Shown here: positions 38,784 through 52,663 of the stretch, one piece after another
Layout: every line of letters starts with the position of its first letter
How positions within the stretch are numbered: the first letter of the stretch is position 1
Origin: Octopus vulgaris
Lineage: Eukaryota
Length of the DNA: 64,000 nucleotides
Direction: 5' to 3'
Assembly: GCA_951406725.2 (NCBI GenBank)
Contig: OX597822.1
Span: 71,610,001 to 71,674,000, forward strand
Notes under the pieces: model-generated
What the model was told of the DNA's origin: nothing
What the model saw: the letters and a program-made list of their open reading frames with translations, nothing else
Databases searched by the model: none
Position numbers and translations under genes: made by a program

Positions 38784-39326
38784 ACCCTGATGCTGTATCA
38801 GTCTATGGCTCTCATGGTTTCTCATGTTAACTGATTGGCAGTGTTATCATGTACATTGTTTTGTCTTGGTATAAAAGATGGGCTACAGCAAATATTCTGC
38901 TCAATACCACAGATTTGCTTGTCAGTTATTTGACCTTAACCAGTTCAGCATGTCCCTTAGTGGCTGACGATATGTGCATCTCTGATCATGAGCAGAAGTA
39001 GTGGGGGAGCATCATATTCATGTGTTGAGAGGAATTCTTTGGGGTTTGAATAATTCACCTCTGGAAACATTTTTTTTTGTTCATTATCCTTAATTCAGAA
39101 ACCTTTTGAGTAGGATGAGCTACTCAGCCTGAAGAAAATTCTAACTGGGCCCCACCTGCAAGGTCATGTGCTGTTTATCTTGATATAAGATCACCATGTC
39201 GCACACATATGGTTGTGATGCATGTGCCTAGTGTACCCTTATCAGACGGGTAGTCATGATGGGTATACTGGGCTTTGTAAATTTTACCCCAGTGTCACTT
39301 TGATGGCATGTATTGCTCTCTCATGC
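38784..39326 (+). mobile_element. ~550-bp (TAA)n-associated element, copy 2
   Basis: Reverse complement of 1539-2091; (AAT)n tail at 39329-39490. Confidence 0.8.
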
Positions 39327-39327
39327 A

Positions 39328-39382
<55 letters not shown>

Positions 39383-39402
39383 TAATTATGATAATGAGAA
39401 TG

Positions 39403-39493
<91 letters not shown>

Positions 39494-39949
39494 TGATGAT
39501 GATGATGATGATTTCTGTTATCTGCCACCAAGGCAAAGGATGAGGGGGACAATACAAAGACAGACATACATGAGGTGTGGAATTTACATGTAATGAAATG
39601 AGAAAAAATAATATATATATATATGATAGACTTCTGCACAATTTCCATCTGCTATTAACCTTGGACTATAGTAAAAGACAATCTCCCAAGGTGGTGTCAC
39701 ACAGTGGGGCTGAACCTGAGAGCACATTGTTGCAAAGCAAGCTCTTAACCACACAACCATACTTGGGCCTATGTCAGTTGTATTGGGACTTGCTTCACCG
39801 AAGTGAACAAAAATCTAAGTTTTTATAATATTGTAGAGATTGGCTCTATTACTGAGTTTTGAAGCTCTGGACAGACAATTTTATTGATTTCAGTAGGATC
39901 ATTGAAAACATCTTTGTCTTCTAATGCAGTGACAATATGACAGTGAAGC

Positions 39950-40168
39950 AAAATGGCAAGCTAGCAGAATGGTTAGCATGCAATACAAAATACTCAGCAG
40001 CATGCCATCTGTCTGTATATTCTGAGTTCAAATTCCGCTGAGGTCAATTTTGGCTTTCATCCTTTCAGGGTTGATAAAATAAATGCCAGTTATGCACTGG
40101 GGGTTGATATAATTGACCTAATCTGTCCCCTGAACTAGCTAACCCTGTGCCAAAATTTGAAATCCATA
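39950..40168 (+). mobile_element. SINE family B
   Basis: gagttcaaattccgctgaggtcaattttggctttcatcctttcaggggttgataaaataa. Confidence 0.7.
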
Positions 40169-40426
40169 TAACAGTGAGGCAGTCCATGTTTCTTGAAATT
40201 CAGTGGAATAACAAGATACTTTGATGCTTCCAAAGAAGGATCGTGTAACTATGTCTTCAAGCAGTGAATTTAGATTGAATAATTGCTCTACTAAATCAAA
40301 GCAGTCTGAGACACTGGCCTGGAACTTGGCTGTTATTTACACACACACGCGCGAGTCTGCCTTTAAGTTGTAAAATTGCGAATTAGCCACCCATATTATT
40401 TATATATGTATATGTGTGTGTGCGTG

Positions 40427-40463
<37 letters not shown>

Positions 40464-40475
40464 TGTCTATATATG

Positions 40476-40508
<33 letters not shown>

Positions 40509-40553
40509 TTATATACATATATATGTGTGTGTGTGTGTGTGTATGTCTGTGTG

Positions 40554-40588
<35 letters not shown>

Positions 40589-40598
40589 TCATGATGGA

Positions 40599-41050
40599 TT
40601 ACTTGTCGCTTGTGTAAAGTCTGATGTTCTTAAAATTGAAATAATGAGTATGTCCTAACTGAATCATAATATCTTTCATGTATTCCAGGAAATGTTGCCA
40701 TTCAGCAATCAAAACTATACCTTTGTGGCAGCAGTTATTAAATAAACCATTGCTGGGTTTCTCTGCAAGAAAGTGCATGGTTTCACACAGCTGACATATT
40801 ACATTAAATTCCACATAAATGCTGTTCAATATCTATTTCATAAAATCTGAAATAGTTCGTGGGTTGCATCCTGCCTCATTACCATGCTTGGCTCGTGTTC
40901 GCACTTTTATGATATCCCTTGATATTTCTGTCATCTTCTCTTTTGCATTTTGTATTCTGTCAATAGCTGTAATTTTTTTTTTATTACTTGCTTGGCATGC
41001 ATTTTTTTTTTTTGCTTTTTAATTTTTTATTCTTTTCGTAGCTTTTTCTA
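40599..41050 (-). mobile_element. Helitron Rep-helicase N-terminal zinc-binding fragment
   Basis: ICQLCETMHFLAEKPSNGLFNNCCHKGIVL...FKNIRLY matches the Helitron C..C...HF..E...CC..G.V.L...NIR.YN motif. Confidence 0.7.
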
Positions 41051-41228
41051 CTCTTCAAGTGCATCACTGCTACATTTCAAATACTCACAGTTCAAATACT
41101 CTCTCCTTAGTCATCATTATCATCACCACCACCACCACCACCACCATCATCATCTTCATCATCATCATCATCATCATCGTCGTCGTCGTCATCATCATTG
41201 TCATCATCATCGTTGTCATCATCATCAT

Positions 41229-41735
41229 CATCATCATCAACATCATCATTTAACCTCGACTTTTCATGCTGGCATGGGTGGGACTCTTCGACAGGAGTTG
41301 ATCAGCTGGACAGCTTCCCTGGCTCCGATTGTCTGTTCAGGCATGATTCCATGGTTGGGAGCCCTTCTTAAAGCCAGCCACTTTACGGAAAGCACATGTT
41401 GCTTTTAATGTGACACTTATCCATGGCACAGGTGCTTTTACATGGTCCCCCCAGCATGGGCACTTTTATGCATCACTGGCACAGTTGCTTTCCTGTGGCT
41501 CCAGGACCTACAAGCCTGCTAAAGTAGGGCTTCTCTCTGCTAAGAGCGGGACATAGAGGACATGCCTGCATGTATAGAAAACCACCAGAAACCTTAGTCC
41601 ATTGTCATCTCTGCGAGGCTCAAGATCTGAAGATCATTTCTCACCACTTTGTTCCTCATCTTCTTCAATCTAACTTTTCCACACATTAGAGATTGGCACT
41701 TCATGATGCAGCGGTCCACATTCATATGCATAATG
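41229..41735 (-). mobile_element. RTE LINE ORF end and 3' UTR
   Basis: MKCQSL..GKVRLKKMRNKVVRNDLQILSLAEMTMD*GFWW followed by the gcatg...(GAT)n tail. Confidence 0.6.
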
Positions 41736-42211
41736 ATGTTTCATTATTCTTTTACTTGTTTCAGTCATTTGACTGTGACCATGCTGGAGCACTACCTTTA
41801 GTCGAACAAATCAACCCCAGCTCTCATTCGTTGTAAGCCTAGTACATATTCTACTGGTGTCTTTCACCAAGTCACCAAGTTACGAGGATGTAAACACACC
41901 AACATTGTTGTCAAGTGATTGTGGGGAAACAAATACACACACACACGCATTGACCTTCGAAACGTGGAGTAGATGAAACAAAGGTGACTGAAGAAGGGGA
42001 ATTTTCTTTGTTTTGTATGTCCTGTACTCTATTTTTTCATTGTTTAAGAAAAATGTCCATTTCCTTGGTTTTGTGTTTATGTTTTCGTTTCTCATTGTGT
42101 TTGACGTTTTTTTGGTGTCCTGTACCCATATATGCATGTATATATACATGTAGAGATAGGTACGTACATATATGTATGTATATATGCATATGTTTTATTT
42201 ATTTATTAATT

Positions 42212-42258
<47 letters not shown>

Positions 42259-42473
42259 GCTTCTTTCAGTTTCTGTCTATCAAATCCACTCACAAGGCTT
42301 TGGTTGGCCCAAGGCTATAGCATAAGATACTCGCCCAAGGTACCATGCAGTGGGGATGAACCCAGAACCATGTGGCTGGGAAGTAAGCTTCTCACCACAC
42401 AGCCCACTCCTGCACATATTCAAAAGTTAGAAATATATGAAAAACATGCCAAGTATTTTCGACCAATTTCAAG

Positions 42474-42527
<54 letters not shown>

Positions 42528-42990
42528 AAACACATACACAGACACTCAAGCACATACGCACATACAACTTCCAATTTCTCTGTGTCGTATCCACTGCCAT
42601 GCTTTCTCTCTCTCCACACACTCTCTCTCTCTCTCTCTCTCTCTCTTTCCACTCTTCAAAGATATTCTACGATTCTCAGATCCTCCTCTCTTTAATCATA
42701 CATGAAAGTCATAGACAGAAAATGAAAGATCGCCATACTCTAACATATTTTATAGGAGATAATTTCATATTTTGCATCAAGAGTATTTTGTATTAAAGCT
42801 TTTTAAAAAACAATACAAAATGATCTCAGTTACTTTCCATGTAACAGTCTTTCCATACTAAGAAATGACTGACTCCATTCATATTAGTCCATTAAACCTG
42901 ATTTAATAGACCTAAGGCATTAATAGAGAAACCTAACTCCTAATTAGTCTGTTAAATTGAGGGGTTTCTATATTTAATATATATATATAC

Positions 42991-43041
<51 letters not shown>

Positions 43042-43081
43042 GGTGTGTGTATGTACACACACACACACACACATATATATA

Positions 43082-43314
43082 CAAGGTTGGCCAAAAGTCA
43101 CCTGACTGTAAATCAAAATTCCATAAATACCATCTGTAATTCTGTGTTGACTCGAATGGAAAAATGTGTCACTCAAGAAGGACTTCAGTCTGAACAATTT
43201 TCATGATGTTTCATATTTAGATGCTTTTATTAAATCCATTCAGTTGTTAAACATAAATAAATCTTGGAAATAAATAGTTTTGATTTACTGTCAGATGGCT
43301 TTTGGCCAACCCTG
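43082..43314. mobile_element. Tc1/mariner-type MITE
   Basis: TA TSD; ~38-bp TIRs caaggttggccaaaagtcacctgactgtaaatcaaaa / ttttgatttactgtcagatggcttttggccaaccctg. Confidence 0.85.
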
Positions 43315-43463
43315 TATATAGATGCACAGACATAGCTTCATGGTTAAAAAGTTCACTTGACAACCAAATAGTTTCAGTTCTACCTTGGGTACATGTTTTC
43401 TATTTTAGATCCAAGTATACTAATGCCTTGTGAGTGAATTGTGTAGAAACTGTGTGACGCTTG

Positions 43464-43503
<40 letters not shown>

Positions 43504-43513
43504 GTAATATAAT

Positions 43514-43736
43514 ACTCTTTTACCCTTGTACTTGTTTCAGTCATTTGACTGTGGCCATGCTGGAGCACCACCTTTAGTCAAGCACAACGACCCCAGGACT
43601 TATTCATTGTAAGCTTAGTACTTATTCTATCAGTTTCTTTTGCCAAACCGCTAAGTTATGGGGACGTAAACACACCAGCATTGTTTGTCAAGCGATGTTG
43701 GGGGGACAAACACAGACACAAAAACATATACACACT

Positions 43737-43774
<38 letters not shown>

Positions 43775-43940
43775 TACAACGGGCTTCTTTCAGTTTCCAT
43801 CAACCAAATCCACTTACAAGGCTTTGGTTGGCCTGAGGCTATAGTAGAAGACACTTGCCCAAGGTGCCATGCGGTGGGACTGAACCCGGAACCATGTAGT
43901 TTGTAAGCAAGCTACTTACCACACAGCCACTCCTACACCT
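43514..43940 (-). mobile_element. SINE family A, full length
   Basis: Homology to the other copies. Confidence 0.85.
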
Positions 43941-44240
43941 ATATGTGACAATTATTCGGTTGCCAAAATAAAACTCTGAGTTTTGGATGTTGGGGTGGAA
44001 ATCTGCTCAGGCATCTCATCAGTTATTAAGACAATCAAAAAACGCTATGTAAAATGTGCCAAGTATTTTTGACTAATTTTGATTGTCTTAATAACTGACG
44101 AGATGCCTGAGTAGATTTTTGCCCTGACATCCGAAACTCTGAGTTTTATTATGACAACCGAATAATAGTCAAATATTATATTACAGATAAATTCCTCTAT
44201 TTACATAATATCAAGGTCTTATTCTTTTGTTGTTATTACT
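43941..44240 (+). mobile_element. Penelope-like terminal fragment with ~100-bp inverted arms
   Basis: Arms 43941-44040 and 44077-44176; homologous to 12242-12452. Confidence 0.65.
44089..44151 (+). ncRNA. Minimal hammerhead motif
   Basis: taataa CTGACGA gatg...catc c GAAA ctc t gag TT ttatta; 6-bp helix I. Confidence 0.65.
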
Positions 44241-44326
44241 ATTAATAATAATTACTATTAATAATAATAATAGGGAATAATTAATAATTTTTCCCTTATG
44301 AGGTTTTTCATGCTAACTACTTGATA

Positions 44327-44517
44327 GGACATTTTCCTCTTTTCTGTCTGTCTCTCTCTCTTTTACTTTGTGAAGACTTGGTAGGTAGGTAGTAGCAGAC
44401 CTGAAGAAATATTGAATATTAAATATTCAATATTTCTTCAGATCTGCTACTGCCTACCTACTGAGCCTTCACGAATGTAAAAGAGTGAGAGACAGGAAAA
44501 AAAAATGGAAAATGTCC
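44327..44517. repeat. ~95-bp-arm imperfect palindrome with a perfect 20-bp core
   Basis: ctgaagaaatattgaatatt a aatattcaatatttcttcag at 44401-44441; outer ends ggacattttcc / ggaaaatgtcc. Confidence 0.85.
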
Positions 44518-44669
44518 CACGTATTTGAAAACTATGGAAATATTTTTTTAAATATTTCATTTAATCTTTCCACAAGTCACACAGACTGAAACCGGTTTTA
44601 AAACTTTCTTCAGGATAAAATTATTTTAGCATTTTCTACCTTGTCCTATTTTCCTTATACATATCAACT

Positions 44670-44719
<50 letters not shown>

Positions 44720-45324
44720 CATATATTGTTTATTGAGTGAAAACACCTAAAAGCTCCGGCAGGGGGGGGGGTGATCCCTGCTGTACTTTTTCACCACAAC
44801 TTTCTCTCACTCTTTCTTCTCTTGGCCTGCTCGCTTAGCCAGCGGGGTGGCATCATTCGAAGGCTAAAACAATGCGAACGCATTCTGACCAACGATGTGT
44901 AGCAACATCTGATGGTCTGGTCAGTCACATGATCACGTGATATACATATGTATACATACATACATATATATATATGTTGGGTTGGCAACTAAGTTCCCTC
45001 CGTTTTTTTAAATTAAAATTTTTTTAAAAGGTTTAATAAAAAGTGATGATAATGATGATGATGATGGGGATGATATATATATATTCGTTTTTTTTTTATA
45101 TTCTTTTACTTGTTTCAGTCATTTGACTGCGGCCATGCTGGAGCACTGCCTTGAAGTGTTTTAGTCAAACAAATCGATCCGCTGGACTTATTCTTTAAGC
45201 CTAGTACTTATTCTGTCAGTCTCTTTTGCTGAACTACTAGGTTACAAGGATGCAAACACACCAAGACTGACTGTCAAGTGGTGATGGGGAGAGGGAACAT
45301 AGACACAAAGACACATATAGATAA

Positions 45325-45387
<63 letters not shown>

Positions 45388-45414
45388 CATACATACATAC
45401 ATACATACACAGAT

Positions 45415-45940
45415 ATATTAGAAGAAAAAGGACAACAAAAACCAAGGCAGAATGAGTATCTCAAGTGATTTAGAATATTTAATTAAAGTAAGGTAAATTT
45501 GAGGTTATTAATTATTTGTTTAATTAATTAATTAATTAATTAAATAATCAAATAATTAATTAATTAATTAATTAATTAATTATTGGATGTCTTACAGCTG
45601 TTTCTGGAATATCTCAAGTGATAGATTAGCATATTAGCATCTCCATACACTGGGTATTCTTTCATCACAGACATGATGAGTATGTATGAAAGCTCTAGAC
45701 AGGGAATTCACAGTTTATAAAGGAATAAAATTATAGATATAAGAATAAAGAGTAAAACTGTAGATAGAAGAATACAGATCCTGTTAGTATTCTTGTAACA
45801 GCTGTAAGATATCCAATAATTAATTAATTAATTAATTAATTAATTAATTACCTCAAATTCATCTTACTCTACTTAAATATTCTAAATGACTTGAGAAACT
45901 CATCCTGTTTTATTTTTTTGTTGTCCTTTTTCCTCTAAGA
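45415..45940. mobile_element. PLE-like inverted repeat pair with a hammerhead motif (45587-45674, minus)
   Basis: Arms about 45415-45610 and 45787-45940; reverse complement atgtct GTGATGA aagaatac...GAAA cagctg TA agacat. Confidence 0.55.
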
Positions 45941-46047
45941 TACACCTGCTAACTCAAAAGCCTATTACGGATTCCTAGTCCCAGCCTCAGCTGTGAAGTT
46001 GAAACCTAATGGATAACCAATTATAGTACTTACGCAATGTACCTATT

Positions 46048-46620
46048 TGCTCTTTCATGTTTTTCAACAAGTTTTAACATCCAATCATTGGTTGTTTCAA
46101 GGTATTTGGCCAGTCAGATTGTGGTAGTTTTGTACGTAAGTTCAAGATGGATCAAGCCTAGACCTCCCTGTGCTCTGGGAAGGTAAAGACGATCCACGTC
46201 TGCCTTTGGATGGTGCATCTTATTACAAGTCAGTAGCTTGCGGATTTTTCTATCAATTTTCATTATTATACAGGTATTCCAGTTAAGCACATTGAAGCTA
46301 TAAAGAACAACTGGGACTGCTAAGGAATTTATAGCTAACACCTTATTATATGCATTCAGCTCAGACTTCAGGACTGCTCGAACTCTTCTATAACATTCCT
46401 TCGTAACTTTCTCTTTCATGCTTGCATGCTGGTTACCAGAGCTTTCATTTATTCCTAGGTATTTATAGGTTTGTTCCTGCTTAAGTTCCTTTATTACTGT
46501 TTTGACATCTAATTTGATAGAACTTGACTTTACCAATTTCCCTTTCTTAAAAGTGGCTTTGGCACACTTTTCAAGGCCAAACTTCATCCCGATATCATCA
46601 CTGAATCCGTTTACAGTAAG
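46048..46620 (-). mobile_element. Dong/R4 LINE internal fragment (late RT/thumb) flanked by a 41-bp direct duplication
   Basis: FSDDIGMKFGLEKCA...YKYLGI...HHPKADVDRLYLPRAQGGLGL; duplication at 46007-46047 and 46621-46661. Confidence 0.9.
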
Positions 46621-46829
46621 TAATGGATAACCAAATATAGCACTTACGCAATGTACCTATTCGTTTAGATCACCAGTGAACTAAACCCCTTATATTCTAC
46701 ATACATACATACATACATACATACATACATACATACATACATACATTTATACATACAAACATACACACATACATACATACATACATACATACATACATAC
46801 ATACATGCATACATACATACATACATACA

Positions 46830-46896
<67 letters not shown>

Positions 46897-47720
46897 TATT
46901 GGGAAAATTATAAGGGTAGAAAATTTAGAAAAATTTCTATACTGGTGATTAGCACACGTAATAAAAGTCAATAGACTACATATTTTCATATATAAAAGTG
47001 TATAGTATTTATACACAGAGAGGCAACCCTTTACAGGACACCTTACATGCTAGAAGGTCACCAAACCCAAACCACAAAAACAACTAATTCCAACGATAAT
47101 GAAAACACACGCATATATATATATATATATAATTATGATTTAGGGTATCTAAGAGATACCACCACGCAGGAAATAGCAGCCAAAACTTGACTCTAAAGCC
47201 ACATTAAATGTTCATTTAGGACCAGGCTTCTTTCAGTTTCCATCTACCAAAAATATGTGCTATACATTAGCTCACTCTCTCCATCAAATCAACATCACCT
47301 GAACGGGTGCATGGTGTACCACATGTCAGGAGGTATTGAAGTGATAGCAGAACATCTACCAAATCTATTCACATGGCTTTGGTGGGCCTGAGGCTTTAGT
47401 CAAAGACACTTGCCCGAGCAAGTTTCTTATCACACCACCATGCTATATATATATACATATATATGTTTAGACATGTGTGTATGTGTTTATGCCTGTATAT
47501 GTGCATGTGTGTCTCTGCATATCTTCCCACCACTTGACAATTTCTATTGGATTGTTTATGCTGTAACCTAGCGGTTCAGCAAAACTGAGTGATAAAAATA
47601 AGTAAGTAGCAAACTTAAGGTAAAGTTCTTGGGTCCATTTGTTTGACTAACCCCACAAAGTGGTGCCCCAGCATGGCCACAGTTCAGTGACTGAACGAAG
47701 TAAAAAATAAAAGAATGTAA

Positions 47721-48108
47721 GTGCAGGAGTGGGTGTGTGGTAAGAAGCTTACTTCCTAACATGGTGCCATGTTCAGTCCCACTGCGTAGCACCTTGGCCA
47801 AATGTCTTCTACTATAGCCTTGTGCTGATCAAAGCCTTGCGAGTGGATTTGGTAGATGGAAATTGAAAGAAGCCCATCGTATATATGTGTGTGTGTTTGT
47901 GCATCTGCGTTTGTTCTCTCCTACAGTTGCCTGACAACCGATGTGTCTACATCCCTGTAATTTAGCGGTTTGGTAAAAAAAAAAAAACTGATAAAATAAG
48001 TACTAAGCTTACAAAAGAATAAGTCCTGGGGTCGATTTGTTCGACTAAAGGTGATGCTCCAGCAGGGCTGCAGTCTAATGACTGAAACAAGCAAGAGAAA
48101 AAAAGAAT
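47721..48108 (+). mobile_element. SINE family A, in tandem after a partial copy at 47470-47715
   Basis: Homology to the other copies. Confidence 0.8.
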
Positions 48109-48197
48109 ATATAATTTATTGAAAGAATGAAACAGAAGACAGAAAGACAAGGAAAACATAAGAGAGAGGGAAAGAGAAAGATAGACAGAGAGAGAGA

Positions 48198-48241
<44 letters not shown>

Positions 48242-48530
48242 AAGAAGTTATAAACTGATCATGCAATACATAAATAAATGGATTGTTAAATAAAAAAAAT
48301 AGCTTTATTGAAATAAACCAACAAATCCTACATTTCCTGTTGAATAATTTATCTCACGCTTTGTGAATAGGGTTGCAAAAATGTTGTCACAAAAAAAACA
48401 GGCAGCAATATCTTCTGCATCAACTACTCCACCTCAGGGTTTTTTACCTCAAGCAGCAGAGAATGGTATTTTTGGGGACTGACGGCATTGAAGGCTGAAA
48501 CGACACACAAGAAAGGAATTTGTCTTTTAA

Positions 48531-48750
48531 CCCTTTTGATTCCAATCCGCCTGAGACTTCCAGTTCTTTGATACAAACTTCTAGCTTTTAAATGATTTAA
48601 ATCAAAACGTACCATCGAGTTTTTTTTTAAATTTATGTCCTAAACATCAGATTAACAAAAGCAAAATTATTTTTTCTAAATTTCTCATTATTCTGAAAAT
48701 TAATTGAAACAAAAGCTGTGTATTTCCACAGAAAAATGGTAACAAAAGAA
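48531..48750. mobile_element. piggyBac-like MITE related to 660-880
   Basis: TTAA flanks; cccttttgattcc ... ggtaacaaaagaa. Confidence 0.65.
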
Positions 48751-49204
48751 TTAATGATTTATAATTAGTCATCTTCTGCTGCTTTGAATATTGGACAACA
48801 GCTCTTGGTTCTAAGGTTGAATGGAACAAGATTGGCACTGGAAAATATGCTACAACATGTGGAGACCTAGATGAGCAATATTCCCTCTTGAATAAAAACA
48901 AATGAGGTTATCCTATCAGAATGCTTGTTATCGTCACATTTGTGCTCGACAGGCTCCAGTTGTGATGGGGAACTGGCATCGTTAGAGCTCATTTTAATGA
49001 TATTCTTCAGTATAGTATAGCAAGGGGAACATTCCTTACTATCCCTGCACTTTGGAAAGGAGAGTGTGGGGACAGTCTGAACTCATTGATTGCAGCTTCA
49101 TAGAAGCATTTAAGTAGTTTGGTAAATAGACAGAGAAGATTGGAATGAAAAAATGAAGAGAAAATGAGGAATAAGTAGATAAACACAGGCACAATAAGAA
49201 CTTG

Positions 49205-49223
49205 AGACAGACAGATAGACAGA

Positions 49224-49258
<35 letters not shown>

Positions 49259-49313
49259 TCAGACAGACAGACAGACAGACAGATAGACAGATAAATAGAT
49301 AGACAGACAGACG

Positions 49314-49355
<42 letters not shown>

Positions 49356-49360
49356 TAGAC

Positions 49361-49412
<52 letters not shown>

Positions 49413-49413
49413 G

Positions 49414-49480
<67 letters not shown>

Positions 49481-49600
49481 GGATAGATAGATAGATAGAT
49501 AGATAGACAGATAGATAAGAAGATAGATAGGAAGATATGTTTAGGAAGCTAGATAGATAGATAGACAGACAGACAGATAGATAGACAGACAGATAGATAG
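49205..49600. repeat. (GATA)n/(GACA)n field
   Basis: Direct reading. Confidence 0.95.
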
Positions 49601-50749
49601 AGATAGGCAGACAGAGGGAGAAAGTGCAATAGAGAAAGAAATAAAGTTAGCGAAGAAAATCTCTTGGATTATTCCTGTCATAATCAGATCGGTCCTCTAA
49701 CTGGGTTGAAGCATTTCCCATCGGTACTGACTGACTTCATTTGAATTTTCAAATTAAATTGATCAAAGTTTTGCATATTATAATAATATAACAAAAACAA
49801 AAAGAAAGAAAAAAGACTACAATCCTAGTCATTGCCATATTAAATCCTGGCTTTCTAGATGTCTTCAGAACTAGAAAGATGTGGACATCTTGCAGGGTGC
49901 TGATTCTTATCAGTTTGGTTATGTCAGGAAATGGGTAGGGGTACGAAACAGAGGAAATTAACAGACCAGAAATGTTTAAGTTATGATAATTGAAAGAAAG
50001 AAGGAAAGTAAGAAGAGACAGAAAGGTAGAAAGAGAAAGAAGGCATAAGAGAAAATGATAATCATAAAAATATATGTATTAAAAAAAAAACAATAGCAAC
50101 AAAAGAAAAACAAATGAACAAAGAAGAACAAAAAAAAATGGATGAAAGAAGGGAAAATAGAAAAGGAAGAATTAATTTGAAAAGAGACGGAAGGAAAGAA
50201 ATAAGGTGGAAAGAAGAGAGGAAGGAAAGAAAAAAGAATAAAAGTAAAAAAAAAAAAAAACTGAAAGGAAAAACTGAAAAATAAGAAAGCAAGTTGAAAC
50301 AGAACAAAAGAAAGAAAAGAAGGAAAGAAATAAGAGAAATAGAAAGAATACAGAGGTCGGTTGGAATTCAGTAACATGATGGTGTGAAGACATGAGAGAG
50401 AATGTCGAAGCATTAACTAAATTTGCTTGTTATTCTCCCCATACTCTGTCGTTCGTTCTCTCTCCGTCTCTTTCTCTTTCATTCAATGGTGAACTCTGAA
50501 GCTTCGGTCAAGAAAGCAACAGGACCATTTCCTCCATAAATAGTTTATTCTCTGCAAGGAAAACTTCATTAGCGAAACTCATTTGCATTACAAATGCCTG
50601 TCATACTTCAAAACATTACAACAACAGCGACAACAACAACAACAACAACGACAACAGCAACAACAACAATGATAACAGTAAAAATAACAAGAATGGCAAT
50701 GACAATTACAAAAAGAAAATGAAATTTGTGTGTGTGTGTGTGTGTGTAC

Positions 50750-50789
<40 letters not shown>

Positions 50790-51133
50790 TGTATATATGC
50801 ATGTGTGCATGTGTGTGTGTGGTTGGATGAAGATGACAAGACGATGATGATGGCTGCTGATAGCTGTTTGAGTTGAGGGTAGGTAAGGGGTTACACTGAT
50901 GACGGGACCACTTAGTGATGCTGATGATAACGACAATGATGATGATGATGATGACGATGATGAGGGCAACGACTATCATAATGACAAAGATGACGACGAT
51001 GAAGCTGATGATGATGACGACGACAGTGATGATGATGATGATGATGACAAAGCATGTGATGGCACTACATCAAAATGGTAGTCAATTGTAAAGAATTCAA
51101 TGATAACCCTATTAGAATTCCAATCATATAAAA

Positions 51134-51283
<150 letters not shown>

Positions 51284-51590
51284 AAAAGTTTAAAACAGTT
51301 AAGAAAAAAAAAATATAAAACAAATCAGAAAAAATTTTAAAAATAAAGTCAAAGGATAAATAAATAAGGCAGACCTGCAGACCACAAAACTAAACGACAA
51401 TAGATGGACACACGGACAGCCATGCACGTAGACACATATATGCATAAACACATAAAAATATAATCATGAATATACATGCATACTAGCACACTCACGGACA
51501 TTACATATGTGTCTATGCATGTATGTATATATATGTAGATGCATGTATATATATATGTATAAGCATGTATGTATATATACATGTGTATAT

Positions 51591-51640
<50 letters not shown>

Positions 51641-52264
51641 ATGTATGTATGTATGTGTATCTTTGTTCACATGCACACATATATACACATACATACATAC
51701 ATACACATGTATATGTGTATGCAGATGTGCACCTGTATGTATCTCTTGCACTTATATATATACACATGGAAAAGTTTGGTACTGTTTCCAGTTGGAATTA
51801 TGTTAAATCTTGACTTTATTATATTATATTTCATCCCTGAAGAGAAGGTAGGCAGGCCTTCTAGAATATCTGATACGATCTCTGCAGCAACAGAATACAA
51901 AGTTGTGTCATTTGGAAATCTTGTTGAAACCCCCCACCCCACCCCCCCCCCACCCCACCCAAAAAAAAAAAAACAAAGTATTACCAAGTTATTTATTTAT
52001 TTATTTACTCTTTATTATTTTTTTTTTTTTTTTTTAAAACTCCAGAATGAGTAAAATAAGGCTTCGATACAAGTTTATGGTTTAGTGATTGACACAAGAT
52101 ATCAGTCTATATGGTAAATATGCTGTTATCACTGTACTTCTTTCATACGAAATTCTATGACAATATCATTAGAATTGAATGTATTTGTATGTATACATGC
52201 AGAATACAAATATAAAAACGTATATATGTATCTGTACATATATGTATAAATACTGAAATCATAA

Positions 52265-52303
<39 letters not shown>

Positions 52304-52619
52304 CCACACACATATATATATACGCAAACACCCATATATACACAGACATATGTATGTATGTATGTACATAAATAAGTATGTATGTATGCAGGTATGTCTG
52401 TATGCATGTATGTATGTAGGTGTGTATACATAGAGAGATAGATATTAATTAAGTCAGATAAAAACATTTGTTTAGACTTGTTTATAGTTAGAGTTTGCTT
52501 ACATTCGGAATGATATATATGTATATACTTATATGTGTATATGTGTGTGTATATATACATATAAAACATATACACACACACATATATATATATATTATAC
52601 AGATACATATATGCATGTA

Positions 52620-52663
<44 letters not shown>

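Noticed and set aside
40950-41408. His-rich ORF
   Set aside because: (CAT)n tail of an RTE LINE on the minus strand
49976-50413. Phe/Leu-rich membrane-protein-like ORF
   Set aside because: Antisense of an A/G low-complexity tract
51770-51925. Possible exon (FPNDTTLYSVAAEIVSDILEG...)
   Set aside because: No convincing splice pair or recognisable homology
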